64,000 nucleotides of DNA from positions 51,150,001-51,214,000 of the forward strand of contig CM060732.1 of assembly GCA_030704615.1 (NCBI GenBank), given 5' to 3'. A program made the translations under genes and the position numbers. This document shows, one piece after another, positions 11,602 to 23,263 of the stretch. Position 1 is the first letter of the stretch; every line of letters begins with the position of its first letter. The notes under the pieces are model-generated. The model did not search any database. It had not been told where the DNA came from and was given only the letters and a program-made list of their open reading frames with translations. The stretch is from Takakia lepidozioides (lineage: Eukaryota > Plantae > Bryophyta).

Positions 11602-12852
11602 TGAAGTCCACCAATACTGGCTTTCATGATAGAATGGAGTTTGAAGAAGAGGACGGAGACCTCAAAGCAGCCAGCATAGGGCTCAGTAGGGCAAACATGC
11701 CTTTGATCGAGAAGCTGCAACGAAGAAGTCTAGAGAGGCCGCATCTGCATCTGAAATTCTATGAGATCGGGACCGCAAGGCAATCATATCCACCAATGGG
11801 CATCATTAGTTTTCCTTGCCCTGAGCAGGAAACAGGGGCCTACCATGTGCTCGAGCTGTCAGAAAGACTGGTGTATTGAACTTCTGTGATGCCTTCCGTG
11901 ATGGTCACCGACTCCCTCCTTTGGGTTCTTGTCCACTTGAATGCAGGCGTCTCTCTATATAATGGGAATGTTATTATATGAAGTTCCTTGCTGTTTTTTT
12001 GTCCTCCCTCCTTTCTCCTGTGGATTGATGAAGGTTTGCCCAGATTAAGATTACACCCACACCCACAAGTTGTTGTCTGTGTTTTCATTATCTATCAGAA
12101 TGTACAATAAGTGCTCAATGCTGTCAGTAGGTCTTATCCTTCGCCTCATTCATCATCGGAACAGCTACCAAGTTGTCAGGATTGCATGCTTCAATATGCA
12201 GCCATGGGCACAGATGGCTGATTGTGACATGGCAAGATGTCGCTTGTTTCCTAAAAGTGCAGTATGTCATGTGCCTTATAGAGTTTCTCCTCTAAACCAA
12301 GTTTAGCAATGCTGGCAAACTATGGCCTTTCACTGCCTCCTTCATTAGCACTTCTCACTTCTCAGAATCAGAAATGCAAGTTTAGTTATACCTGGTATTG
12401 CAAGTGGTCAGGGCCCATTGCACTGTAAAATCTCAAAGCACAGGGAAGGAGGCATTTCTTTTATGCATTGGAAATGCTCAGGTAGTTCTTTTACTCGGCA
12501 TCCGAAGACTTTGTTGCATGTAAATGTTTTTGTAGCTGTCCTTGCAGAGGCTGTCCAGATACATCGATTTGCAATTGTGAAGGTTGGCATGGAGTGCAGT
12601 GAGCCTTCGCTCCCTGACCTTGTTGTATTACACAAGCTCGAGAAATGGGGCAGGTTGCAGGCCTCTTTTTCCCCTCAAACAAGCCGCTAATCTGAGATGG
12701 AAGTGGTAATTCACGGTAGGGACACTCAAAACCACAACGTGACGAGAATCTGACAAGGATTGTCCTAGGCAATAGCTGCAACATCGAGTTGTCTTCCTGG
12801 CATACTGGGCTGCGACGAGTCTCAGCGGTTGTTATTACCTATTATTACCTTA

Positions 12853-13018
12853 GCAAGGGAGAATGCCAACGAGGGATAGAGAGAGATGGAAATGGTGATA
12901 CAAGCAGGCCAAAAAGAGAAGGGGTAGAAATAAAGGTTGCCATCACAGGTAGGGCAAACACAGGGCTTGGTCACCACTGGATCAAATAAAGTTCTATAGT
13001 CGACTCTCCTCTGCATAG
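12853..13018 (-). repeat. Inverted partial duplicate of DnaJ-like exon 2/intron 2 (11112-11285)
   Basis: Reverse complement matches 11112-11285 closely, with a 7-nt deletion (TGGTCCC) and a destroyed GT donor. Confidence 0.95.
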
Positions 13019-13792
13019 AAGAGGGTCCGGGGTTTGGGTGTATGTCACCACATCTAAGGAGGATGAGGTCATTACAGGTGTCTGTGTAAGCGGTGTTGGT
13101 TGAGGGGGGATGATGGTAGTAATGTCTGGATTTTAGAGGGTTGTAATGGCGGCTGCCATGTGGATGAATGGCGAGTGAAAGGGGTTCAGAGTATGTTTGG
13201 TGAGGAGTATTGGGAAGGTGAGGGTGAGGGGGTTGTGGCCAGATTGTGTGGGTATGTAGAAGGGTTGGGGTTTACTGAAGTGGAACTAGTGGGCAATGAG
13301 TGTACGGGGAAGCGAGTCCTATCGTTATGAAGTTTGCGGGTTGGAGTGGGGAAAGGCCCAATCTTTAAGTAAGAATGGGAGCTGGAGGTAATCATACTTG
13401 TGATTACATTGGTGTGGTAGTAGAGAATAGTGTTGACGTGGAGGGATGGTACGTGTAAGAGTTTTGAGCCATCGGAGCCACGCAGGGTGGGATATATGAG
13501 GTACATATGTGTATTTTGTTGAGTGGTATTATAGATAACCCAGAAGATGTATGAATGGAATCAGAGAGTTATGGGCTGCAACCCAGGCAATCAACTAGGC
13601 CTGATGAGAGACACACCATGTCAGCCATTTTGTCGGATTGAAGAGCTGCGCTGATGGGAGACGTTGTTCGTGGGGGTGGATTTGATTCATGAGCTTTGTA
13701 ACTTGTAACCAATTTTCTTTGTAGGGTTGGATTGTCGGAGAGAAGAGGTGGAGGGCAGTCGTAGAAGACTGGAATCTGGGCGGCCCAGGGCG

Positions 13793-16779
13793 ATGGTGGA
13801 TGGGGCCACAGAAGTGGAGGTAAGCTGTTGTTGATAGCGATGAACGTGGATGCAGGAATCAGTGGATTTGTGAATGTTTTCTTCTTTCTTGTTACAGCAG
13901 ATTTTTCATGTGAAGGATGTCGGGCCCCCAGCGGCCGAACTGCAGCTGTTCAAGACTTTTTTTTGGCAATTCTGTTAGCTCTCTCGGGAAATTAAGGAGT
14001 TGACAATTCAGGATGGCGGCAGGATTGCGCTCGGCTGATAGGAAACAGTTCTGCTATTTGTGATGTTTTCAAGGCAGCAACTGCAACTCATGCTATGGTA
14101 CTAGGGTTCCTCAATGTAGCTAGGCTGGCATACGGAAGCCCTTATGATCAGGCATGGTTGCAGCCATTAAGCCTACTCGTGTGAGGAGGTCAAAAGATGG
14201 TCCCAATTGCAGCCATCGATGGTTCGGTTTAGAAAGAAGGCAGTACGTACCCTAGGGTGTGAAGATAGAAATCACTTCCATTTTAATGTCACAGGGCTTT
14301 GCTTTCCGCAAAATGCAGGTGATGGACAAGGAAGATCAAAAGTTTCCAATTCTGCTCTTAAGCTGCAAAGATTATGATGTGAATGGTGGTTGTTGTGGTC
14401 TCCGTAATGACAGAGCAAGTGTAATGGGTGCAGATGACTGTGGAGGAGAGAAAGGGAGAGGTGGAGACCGGGGGGTGGCAGACAACATGTTGGGGGTGTG
14501 GGTTGCGTTTGTTGCTGCCAACCTTTGCCCCCATCTTTAAGTGTGGTTGGTGTGGAGCTATCACTATCCACAAGCCACAAGCCAAGCCTAGAGGACGGTG
14601 GTGGAGTAGCTGGACAATTGTGAGGGACCGCATCTTTGTATCAACAGTTGCAATCCTGATCCTCTCCATCGTATGTGAGCTCCCACAGAACTTTTTCCAT
14701 GTCTCATTCATGTTTTGTCTTTGACCAGCGATGTTGAATCACTATTGTTCAAAAGCATGTACCAGTTGGCAGATGACAAATGATGGACTACCTCTTTAGC
14801 ATTATAACTTCAGATTCACCTACTCGAGGAGGTACTCCTCCTTAGCGGGCAATCATGTTGTAAACTGCCATTACCTGGTCCATGTTCTTCTTCCTTACTG
14901 GAGCATGGAATCATGAAAAGAGATGCATATACTAGTATGAATTGTTGGCCATTTGAAGGAGACTGCAAATTACTGAATGGTCAATGGCTTGGAAAGTTGG
15001 TGCTTGTTTTCACATCCATTTGGGCCTTCAAACTTTCAGGTCCGGCTCCTAGAGGAGATAGTTCTCCTTGAATAAGATGTCGGGTTGTAATGTTATGCAA
15101 GAAAGCCTAACACATTGTCGTTATGGTGAAATGTCAGGAATTAAGAAGGATAGATACTACGAGGTACAAGAAAGGACAAGTTATGGTCTCATCTTATGGA
15201 TAAGGTTTTGTCATGTGCAGCTGGAGGGGTGTGGTCGATGTTCCCTGTTCTGTTCCCCAAGGTTTCAGTGTGGCTATACCTACATTCTGCGATTACAATC
15301 CTCCTTGCTTTCAACACTCTCTTCAACTTCTGTTTTTCGGCTTTTGTACAGGCAGGGCCTCCTCCTCCAATAGAGTGGGGCCAATACGAAGTGGTCGGGC
15401 GGGGGGGCCTGGAAGGGTACAGGTTCTGTGGGCTCTGTCACCAGCCTAAGCCTCCTCAGGCTCATCACTGTCGCACTTGCAGAGCTTGTGTTGTGGACAT
15501 GGACCACCACTGCCCCTTTGTATGTCCGACGTACTTGTTCGCAACCCCCTACCCTGCCCCTACAAATATATGCTGTATAGATACTTTAGCATGTTGCTTC
15601 TCAGCCCAGATCATTAGTTTCTGACTATCCATAGACAATTGTTAATGAGTTCCTCTTTGTGTGCGCCTGCAATGGGTCTCCATTCTTCTCTCAAGTCCAT
15701 CTGGTCCCATACCCTCATTTGTGACTATTCATTGAAAATCTGAGTTTCTATTTTGCAGCCTGCAAGGTGTCTCTATTCTCTCTCTCTCTTGGGGAGCGCT
15801 GCTTCACATCCATTTGGTGCACAAGGAGAGTTAGGGGGGGTTCAAGTTGGTGTTGGTGTTCATTCTTTTTATTCATCTTTCATTAGGCTTTAAGAGAGTA
15901 AACCAACATATCGAACATTTCAGAGCATAGACCCTGGTAGCCTGGCGTTGCTGCAGAGCTAGCAGCGGCAGCGCCAGGTAAGTGGTAATGTTATTAACAG
16001 TGACACAGCCACTGTCAGACTACAGGGTTTTTTATCATCAGTCATTTCCTATCCAGGCAGCTATGCTCTAATGTATGTTTCTTTCTTTCAGATGTCCCAG
16101 GTCAAGCTTTTCATACTTCTGTCCCCAGTGTCGTTCTCAATCTGCAGTGATACTTAACTTCTGACAATCTTGCATGATTTTCCACAAGCCGTGCACTGAA
16201 GATATGCAGATCTGCTGTTGCATCCTGTTTGCTACACTCTTTTAATTGTCTGTATGTCTGCAGATAGGGAATTGCGTGGGCAGAAATAATCAGCGGTATT
16301 TCATTCTCTTTCTCATATTCACATGTCTCAGCAGTCTCTACGTGCTCATCATGGCAACTTACAGTGGCTTCCAAGTGTGGCCACCATTAGTGCAGCTGCA
16401 CAGTGGACCCCTGCCCCACACCATAAGTATGCTCACGGGAAGGGAAGTGGTGGCCAATATTCTGAATGCCTTGCTTTTGGTTGGCGAACTGGTGATTTCG
16501 GTGCGGGCAGTTGCATTATTGTATTTGCTGATAGCAAGTCTGGCATTGCTCATTGGAGTTGGCCTTCTGCTCCACCAGCAGCTGCAGTTACTTTACAGTG
16601 GCCATACCTACCTTGACACCATGTATCCTGGGTTGAATGGAACGAGTATTTACGTTCCAGGGAGCAAAGGGTGGACTAATTTACGACGAGTGTTTGGGAA
16701 TGGGCATCCTGCTGTTTGGATTCTTCCTCGAATCAATGCCCGATTTGAGGTGTCATCAAGAAAAATTCATGTGAGATAA
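13793..16779 (+). CDS. PAT11: DHHC protein S-acyltransferase, PAT11-like, ~360 aa; join(13793..13819,14434..14674,15221..15519,16264..16779)
   Basis: N-terminal CWGCGLRLLLPTFAPIFKCGWCGAIT is characteristic of plant PAT11. DHHC-CRD: CGLCHQPKPPQAHHCRTCRACVVDMDHHCPF/IGNCVGRNNQRYF. Intron phases are consistent; the first 27-nt exon is less certain. Confidence 0.9.
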
Positions 16780-17478
16780 ATATCTCATCATCCTCTTCTC
16801 AAATTGGCTGGTTATGTCAATTTTCTAGAACTGTCCACTGAACATTTCAACTGCTCTCCTACTTCCTCAATGTGACTACAGACTGATCCTATTCTCTGCT
16901 TGTAGCTGGATGTTTTCATCATATTAACTTGCCCTTATACAGAGTTGCTAAATATGGGATCCACCAAATGAGGTGCTTTTATGGGGTACTGTAACCGGTA
17001 CCACAGCTTCATGCGGATCAGACACATAATTGGTCTAGTGATCTAGGATGTCAGTAGAGCTGATTAGCAAGTCACTGCAAAGAGCAAATGATAATGCACC
17101 ACTGGTCTAATGAAGGATATAGAAGCTTTGTGAGAGTGTATGAAAGAGTGCTTGCAACTAATTTGTAGTCAGCATTAGGATTCCATTTTTTTCAGCTGTC
17201 ATCACTTGCTCATCATTAAATCAGTCAAGCTCAAGTTTCTTAGACAGAACCATTCCGTGATCTTGTATCCTTGAGCTATCACACAGTATTAAGCACACTT
17301 TATCTTGTTTCTACCAGCGTGCTATTGTCGATTGTGTGTGTTGCCTTCATGCACCAGAACTTTCTAGTGACTAGATAACCCGCAATCTCTTATTTAACAG
17401 TGCAAGTTTCAGTCTGCCAGAGTTGGCATGACTCAGAAATACCAATTCCTCGCATAATGGATGCAAACTCCAATGTAC

Positions 17479-17587
17479 TATGGAATGGGCCGCAACATGC
17501 CATTGTGGTGGGTAAGGTGATGGCGAGCTGGAGGGCAAGCTGCCCCTGCCGAAACCGCCATATTGGCATGTTGCGGCCCATTCCATA
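17479..17587. repeat. Fold-back hairpin with a 24-bp perfect stem (MIRNA candidate or tiny TA-flanked MITE)
   Basis: TATGGAATGGGCCGCAACATGCCA (17479-17502) is the exact reverse complement of 17564-17587. The stem extends about 9 bp further with G-U pairs. Confidence 0.85.
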
Positions 17588-18878
17588 ACGGAAGGATTGC
17601 GTCTTGCACCTTCTCATTGGCTTTTAAGTCGTAATCAAACACATTATGAAACATAATGTGCTAGTGGCATTAGGTGTAGAATTTTGCTTTTTAATCCTCC
17701 TCCAAATATGCCATATTAGTCAGGCAAAATCCTTTGCGTCCAAGCAAACTCGAGGTGCTAATAGTTAACCTAATAGTCCTCTTGTCGTCCTACATTACAT
17801 GATGACAGCGTATGCGGCGCCTTCATCTCTCACGTGCTCCGAACATATTTAGTAGGCGTTGTGTAAGTGACAGTGTAAGAATTGTCATGCCCTTGATTAG
17901 GTGTGGAAGATGACCAAGGATTTCTCCACCCCTACATGCTACGGTTTGCGGAATGTTTGAGGGTTTCAGAGGAAGATTAAGGATTTCTGCACATTTGTAT
18001 TTTACTTTGCTGAATAAATGTTTGAGGTTTGCGGAGGAGAGTAGGCCAACTGTTTTGATCCCTCATGTTAAGGATTGAAAGCAATTGGTCCGGGCTTTCC
18101 AGATTTCCTATACTTTTCAAACTACAAAGCAGGTAGGTGGACTCAGCTTGAGGTAGGTGTCATTAGGAGAGTCTCTACAAGATTGTTTTTGCCAGTAGAT
18201 TCAAATGCATTGGATCAAAAGCAATTAAATTTTAACAGAGATGCACAACCACAAAGGCAGTTAGGGGTTGCTATAACGTGTGGGCCAACCCAACTCTGAA
18301 AGTTAGAGGAGCGGACATAAACTTCGAAATCATTTGAGGATACCTCACTGAGGGTGGCATTGACCTCATGGCTTGGGGATCACTGCTGCAGACAAGAAAG
18401 AAGTATAACACAGGCCTGGCCTTTGCCCATCAGATTTGCATCAAACAGTCCTCAAGAGAATTTTAATACCTTCCTAAGAGAGTGAACGGGCCTCTCACCT
18501 TCCTCTGCTAACCATGGTACCTTTGACAACTTGTCTGGCCATCTCAATCGACCGGATGCGCATGACTTGAGGTGCACATGATTTGGGGTCCTCTTTTACA
18601 GCAGGAGTCTGTAGAGTACAGCTTACTTCATTTCACATCTTTGTTAAAATGTACATTGTTAGAACCAAATCTACTATCATCTGGATCACGAACTCCACAC
18701 AGGGGTACTTAACACTGTCAGAGCTATATACAATCACACTTGTTAAACAAGCTAAACATCTGCATCATCGAGTTCAACTGGGAACACACCCTCCTCCTGA
18801 GGCATATGACAGCGTACTAATGTTGCAGCCTCACAGACAGTATTGGTGGTGCAAAACGTTGTGCTCCAATTGGTTGTC

Positions 18879-21800
18879 CTATGCACTAAATCCTGTGGTT
18901 AAACCGCCCCACACTCCTGGCCCAAAAGCACTGCTGGCACAGGCCTCGGCTGATGCAGATGCCATTTTGGTGGCATCAATGCCACCATTGCAAATATTGG
19001 CAAATGCGCGCATGTGTTTCATGCCATACTGTGTCAAGGCTCCACAGCTGGACTCAAATGCACGCACCTACATGCACCCACCATCGTACATGTCAGAGAG
19101 AGCAAGGAGACAGATAACGCCCATGGAACACAGTAGAACTACAACAGAGATCCACGAGAGAACATAGAAACAAAGCACTCATCATTGAAAGAGAAGTGAA
19201 GACATCCGAGAACCATAAAACCGACTCAAAACTATTAATTGCTCCAAATACAAATATACCCTACGTCATGCACCTTATCACATTGTTCACAGACTTACCA
19301 TGCTTTTAAGACAATCCCAGTCATCAACAACAGCTTCCCCAGGAGGACGCACAGCACTGAGAATGGAAGGACCAGCTTCTGCACCAAAGAGAAGCTTGCC
19401 TACAAGCTGCACACTGTTGTCCAGGTGCATACGATGGCCCATGGTATTCATCAACTGTACCCCTGCTTCTGCCCTTCGAGTTGATCCTAGCACTGCTTTG
19501 TGATACTGGAAACATGCAACCCAACACTCTCTGATCAGTAACAGACCCCTACGTTTAGCATTTGTCATTACACTACACCCTCCATACTTCATACAGAAAG
19601 TTGCCTATAACATCAATAATGGCAGGGAAAAGCCAAGAACACACCTTTTGCCAGAGATGAAGAAGGTCAGCATCACGCTGATTCACAGCCACTTCCCTAT
19701 TTACCAAGGTGTTTAGTGAGTCAGCAGCAGGTAACACAGGTTTGCTGACATTCTCATTTGTGGGATCAAATCCCAGGTACAGCTCCAGCTCCTCTTTATT
19801 GATGTGAACATCACCATACTGCATCACATGTGACCCTGATCTGTATGTGTTGTGGTTTGAGGTCCTTGACTTCACCTGCACATACCGTATGTCAGGATAA
19901 AAAGAGACGCATATAAAAACACAAATGTGCAAGGAATGTAAATGCAATCAGTTGGATTTTACCCTTACCTCTCTGAAAGTAAGCTGATTATGATCCTAAC
20001 TTCAATCTTCTCTCTTCTACACAGATATAATTCTGCCTGCATTCTGACTAGTTAGGAAATTAAAAAGGGAATCAGTTAGGACATAGTAAAATTGACACTC
20101 CAGTATCTTCAGAAGAGCGGAAACTCACTATGAGATACTGGTCCTTCAGTGTTTCCTTCTTCAAATTTTCGATCTCTCTGCCACCCACAGATCGATTAAG
20201 TCAGCCCTCTCTTCTCTTACATCATTCCCACATAGTTGCCCCAAGTAAAAACTGCCCAGTTTCAGGTGAACTGCATCCTGAAGCAGAGCAAACAACAAAT
20301 AGCACAAGAGAGAAGGCCTGCCAACTCTAGTCACCAAGAGGTCATGTACCCCTGCAGCAGCATTCGCACATACAGAGGACGACAACATCTGCATACAAAT
20401 TGAAATACTTACGCATCTTCCATCCAGGCAACACTGTAGAGATCACCCAAGCAGGTCTCGAATTCAGGAGGTGGTTCCGGATACATGCCAGGGCAGTAGG
20501 TGCCCCAACTGCTTTCTTCAGCATTTGAGGCAGTAGTGACATAGATGTTGAGGCCCTCTGGCAGAAGACCCTCAAAAATGCTTCCACTCTCACATGCCTC
20601 CAAGTAGATAACCTGCATCACCGATATTTGGTACAAAGTGGGTACACAGAAGTGGTGCATTGAGTTTAATAGTTATCCCAATGAGCTGGATCTTCACAAA
20701 TGCATGATACATGGAGTAATATTTTTGGTGGAGCCACTCTGGATTCAACTTGCATCACTCTTGTAAACCTCACTTCACACAGGATTGTCCACATGACTTC
20801 CTAGAGCAAACCAGACATGAGTAGGAACGACCTCAACTATGAGTGATGGACCGACAAACAGCCGAAGGTGAAAACACACATGAATAGCAAAGAAAATTAC
20901 CATTTTTTTGTAGGTACCAGCTGCATGCTTCTTCTTCAATGTGTCCACGAAATCATTGGCATAAAGATTCGGTGAGGTGGGCATGCCTGCGGGACAGTCC
21001 ATCTGTATTTAGGTTCCTCGCCCTGAACTTAATCAGAACATGACAAAATCTCCGGAAGGAACTTGCCCTTATGACAAAGCAGGACCCACCCACTTGAGAG
21101 AGATGAAGAAAGAAGGCCCAGGGAGACAAAAAAAAAAACAAAGGAAAAAAGCCATTAAGAGAGAGAGGGGGGCACAGCCATCCTACAACAGATGGGAAAA
21201 CCAGATGAATCGAAGGAACAGTGAGTGAGCGGAGCACCTAGAACGCCGGGACCACCATGGTCAGTGTAGTAGATGAAAATATGGTCATTCGGGCTGCTGT
21301 CAACCACTTTGCCGCTGCCACCCTTTATTGAATCCTTGTCTCCCAGAATTGCCGCAAAGAAGTTGCTCACAGTCACATCCCTGCCTGTGTAGTCCTGGGC
21401 ATGCCCATCCGCAGCAAAAATGGTCAATTGACAACTATGGAAATCAAGGACATATCCATCCTACTAGACATGCCACAAAATAAAAGAACCTGCACAGTAC
21501 ATATATACAGCTACCTACTTTACAACTCTGGTCAAACTACCCTGCATATGGTGCTAAAGAATCATCCGTGTATTTCTGGCACGAAGGCAGTATCATCAAG
21601 GTCAAACTCATGAAACACACCTCTTTTCCAATTCCCCATGATTATAAAGTTAGAGTAACCTCCACAGCACCAAAGCACTGAGTGCCCAACTACCTTGAAG
21701 TTAAGGAACCAGACTCAAATCCATCTTTCTAGCAAAAAACTTGAGTCGCCTCACTCCAAATTGGCAACTCAATGACCCAGTTTTTCCTCCACTCACTTAT

Positions 21801-22974
21801 TGTAGCAAGGTCAAATGTACTTTGGCACCAAAAGCAAAAACCAGCCCAACAGATCAGTCTATCACAGCACGTTCCCTTCTCCAGGATACCCTGGAGAAAT
21901 CTAGCTGCAAGAAATAGACCTCAAGACAAAGGTCTTGCTGCTATTATCGACGTGACCACAACAAAGTCAGCTAAACCTTATGGGAAAGCAGAGATACATA
22001 CCTTCGGAACACCATGATAAACATCGCTGCCATGCGGGTTGTTGATAATGGTGCCCGGGTATGGGTTGTCCCGACTACTTGCAATGTCGTCATACATGAA
22101 CACCACTATGTTCTCGTCTTTCAACCCGCCTGCCTTCAAAATTTGGTATGCATGGCACACATCAGCCTGCCCAACCACCATAAGTGCCTGTCAAAATCTC
22201 ATTCTTGATAGGACACTCTGCGAAAGTTTGAAAGAATTACAACGTGAACTCAATGGAACATGCAACCTCTACAGTTTGTGAAGTACATGGACGCGTATTA
22301 GCTCAGCCAACCAGTGTCTTCAGCGCATTGCAGCCGTAATCATACAGATTGTCAAGCAACTACTAACTACACCGCAGGAAAGAAAAATGGGTATTCGAGA
22401 CCAGGGGAGCGACTTCACTTGTTTTACATGGTGACAATCATTTCCCCCTTCTCAAACATGAAATTAAAGAGTGACCACAGATGTAAACGGGTAAAAAACA
22501 AAACAATTGGTTCTTTCAGGTTCACATATGCAAGAAATCACACCCCAAAAACCATCAAACGAAGCATATGCAAATCATGACTAAGAGAAATAACCACCCA
22601 TCATACTTTCATCTGTCAAAGAGAGCCCAGTGCATGCGGAAAACACAAACTGCATGGCCCCATACAGACACCAGATGACCACTGACGGCAAGAAACATAG
22701 ATGACATGCTACAACTTCGACAAATACCGCAATTACGAAAAATATATCTACAAAAGTTCTCATATAGAGGAACTCAAACCACCTGATGGCGATAATTGCC
22801 GTAACCAGCTGAGCCTGCGATGAGAACGGCCCAACGCACCCCCTTGCTTCCGTCTTCACTTTCATCTCCAACAGGCATCTCAATTTTTCCATCCCATGAG
22901 CCCTTCCTGGCCGCTACGGACACACACAGCGCCGCCAGCAACCAACCCAACAAAGCTCCTCGTAAGGAATCCAT
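18879..22974 (-). CDS. VPE: Vacuolar processing enzyme / legumain (peptidase C13), 491 aa; exons 22783..22974, 22002..22166, 21238..21394, 20901..20986, 20413..20612, 20129..20177, 19645..19875, 19299..19505, 18879..19067
   Basis: Signal peptide; [24 protein letters not shown]; catalytic His in YYTDHGGPG and Cys in YLEACESGS; C-terminal [20 protein letters not shown]. Nine exons with GT-AG borders, all in phase. Confidence 0.97.
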
Positions 22975-23204
22975 GGAGCCAAATCTCACCACAACCACCG
23001 CCTTCTTCCCTCCAGAATTCCCCCAGACACCCTCTCCTCTCTGATCTGCGGCTCTCCCCACACCAAACAGACAAGCAACGTGGAGAGTACTAAGTAAAGA
23101 AGGCCGTGGCTTGTATCGTCACTCTGCCCAGCTGGGCCCATACCCCCACGCCGAGGTTCCCTCCCCCCACCCCGCGCTGGACCACGCCGGTGCCCTGCCT
23201 CGTA

Positions 23205-23263
23205 GCCGGTCACTTCTGCTCCAAGTCGCCGGCAGATGTCACCGCGGAGCAGAAGTGACCGGC
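23205..23263. repeat. 18-bp perfect inverted repeat in the VPE upstream region
   Basis: GCCGGTCACTTCTGCTCC (23205-23222) pairs with GGAGCAGAAGTGACCGGC (23246-23263), interleaved with a direct repeat CCGGCAGATGTCAC x2. Confidence 0.9.

Noticed and set aside
13020-13560. GT-rich segment with short ORFs, possibly a LINE relic
   Set aside because: No diagnostic motif.
15943-15983. 14-bp G-U hairpin and strong GTAAGT donor in PAT11 intron 3
   Set aside because: The PAT11 frame is complete without an extra exon, and there is no evidence the donor is used.
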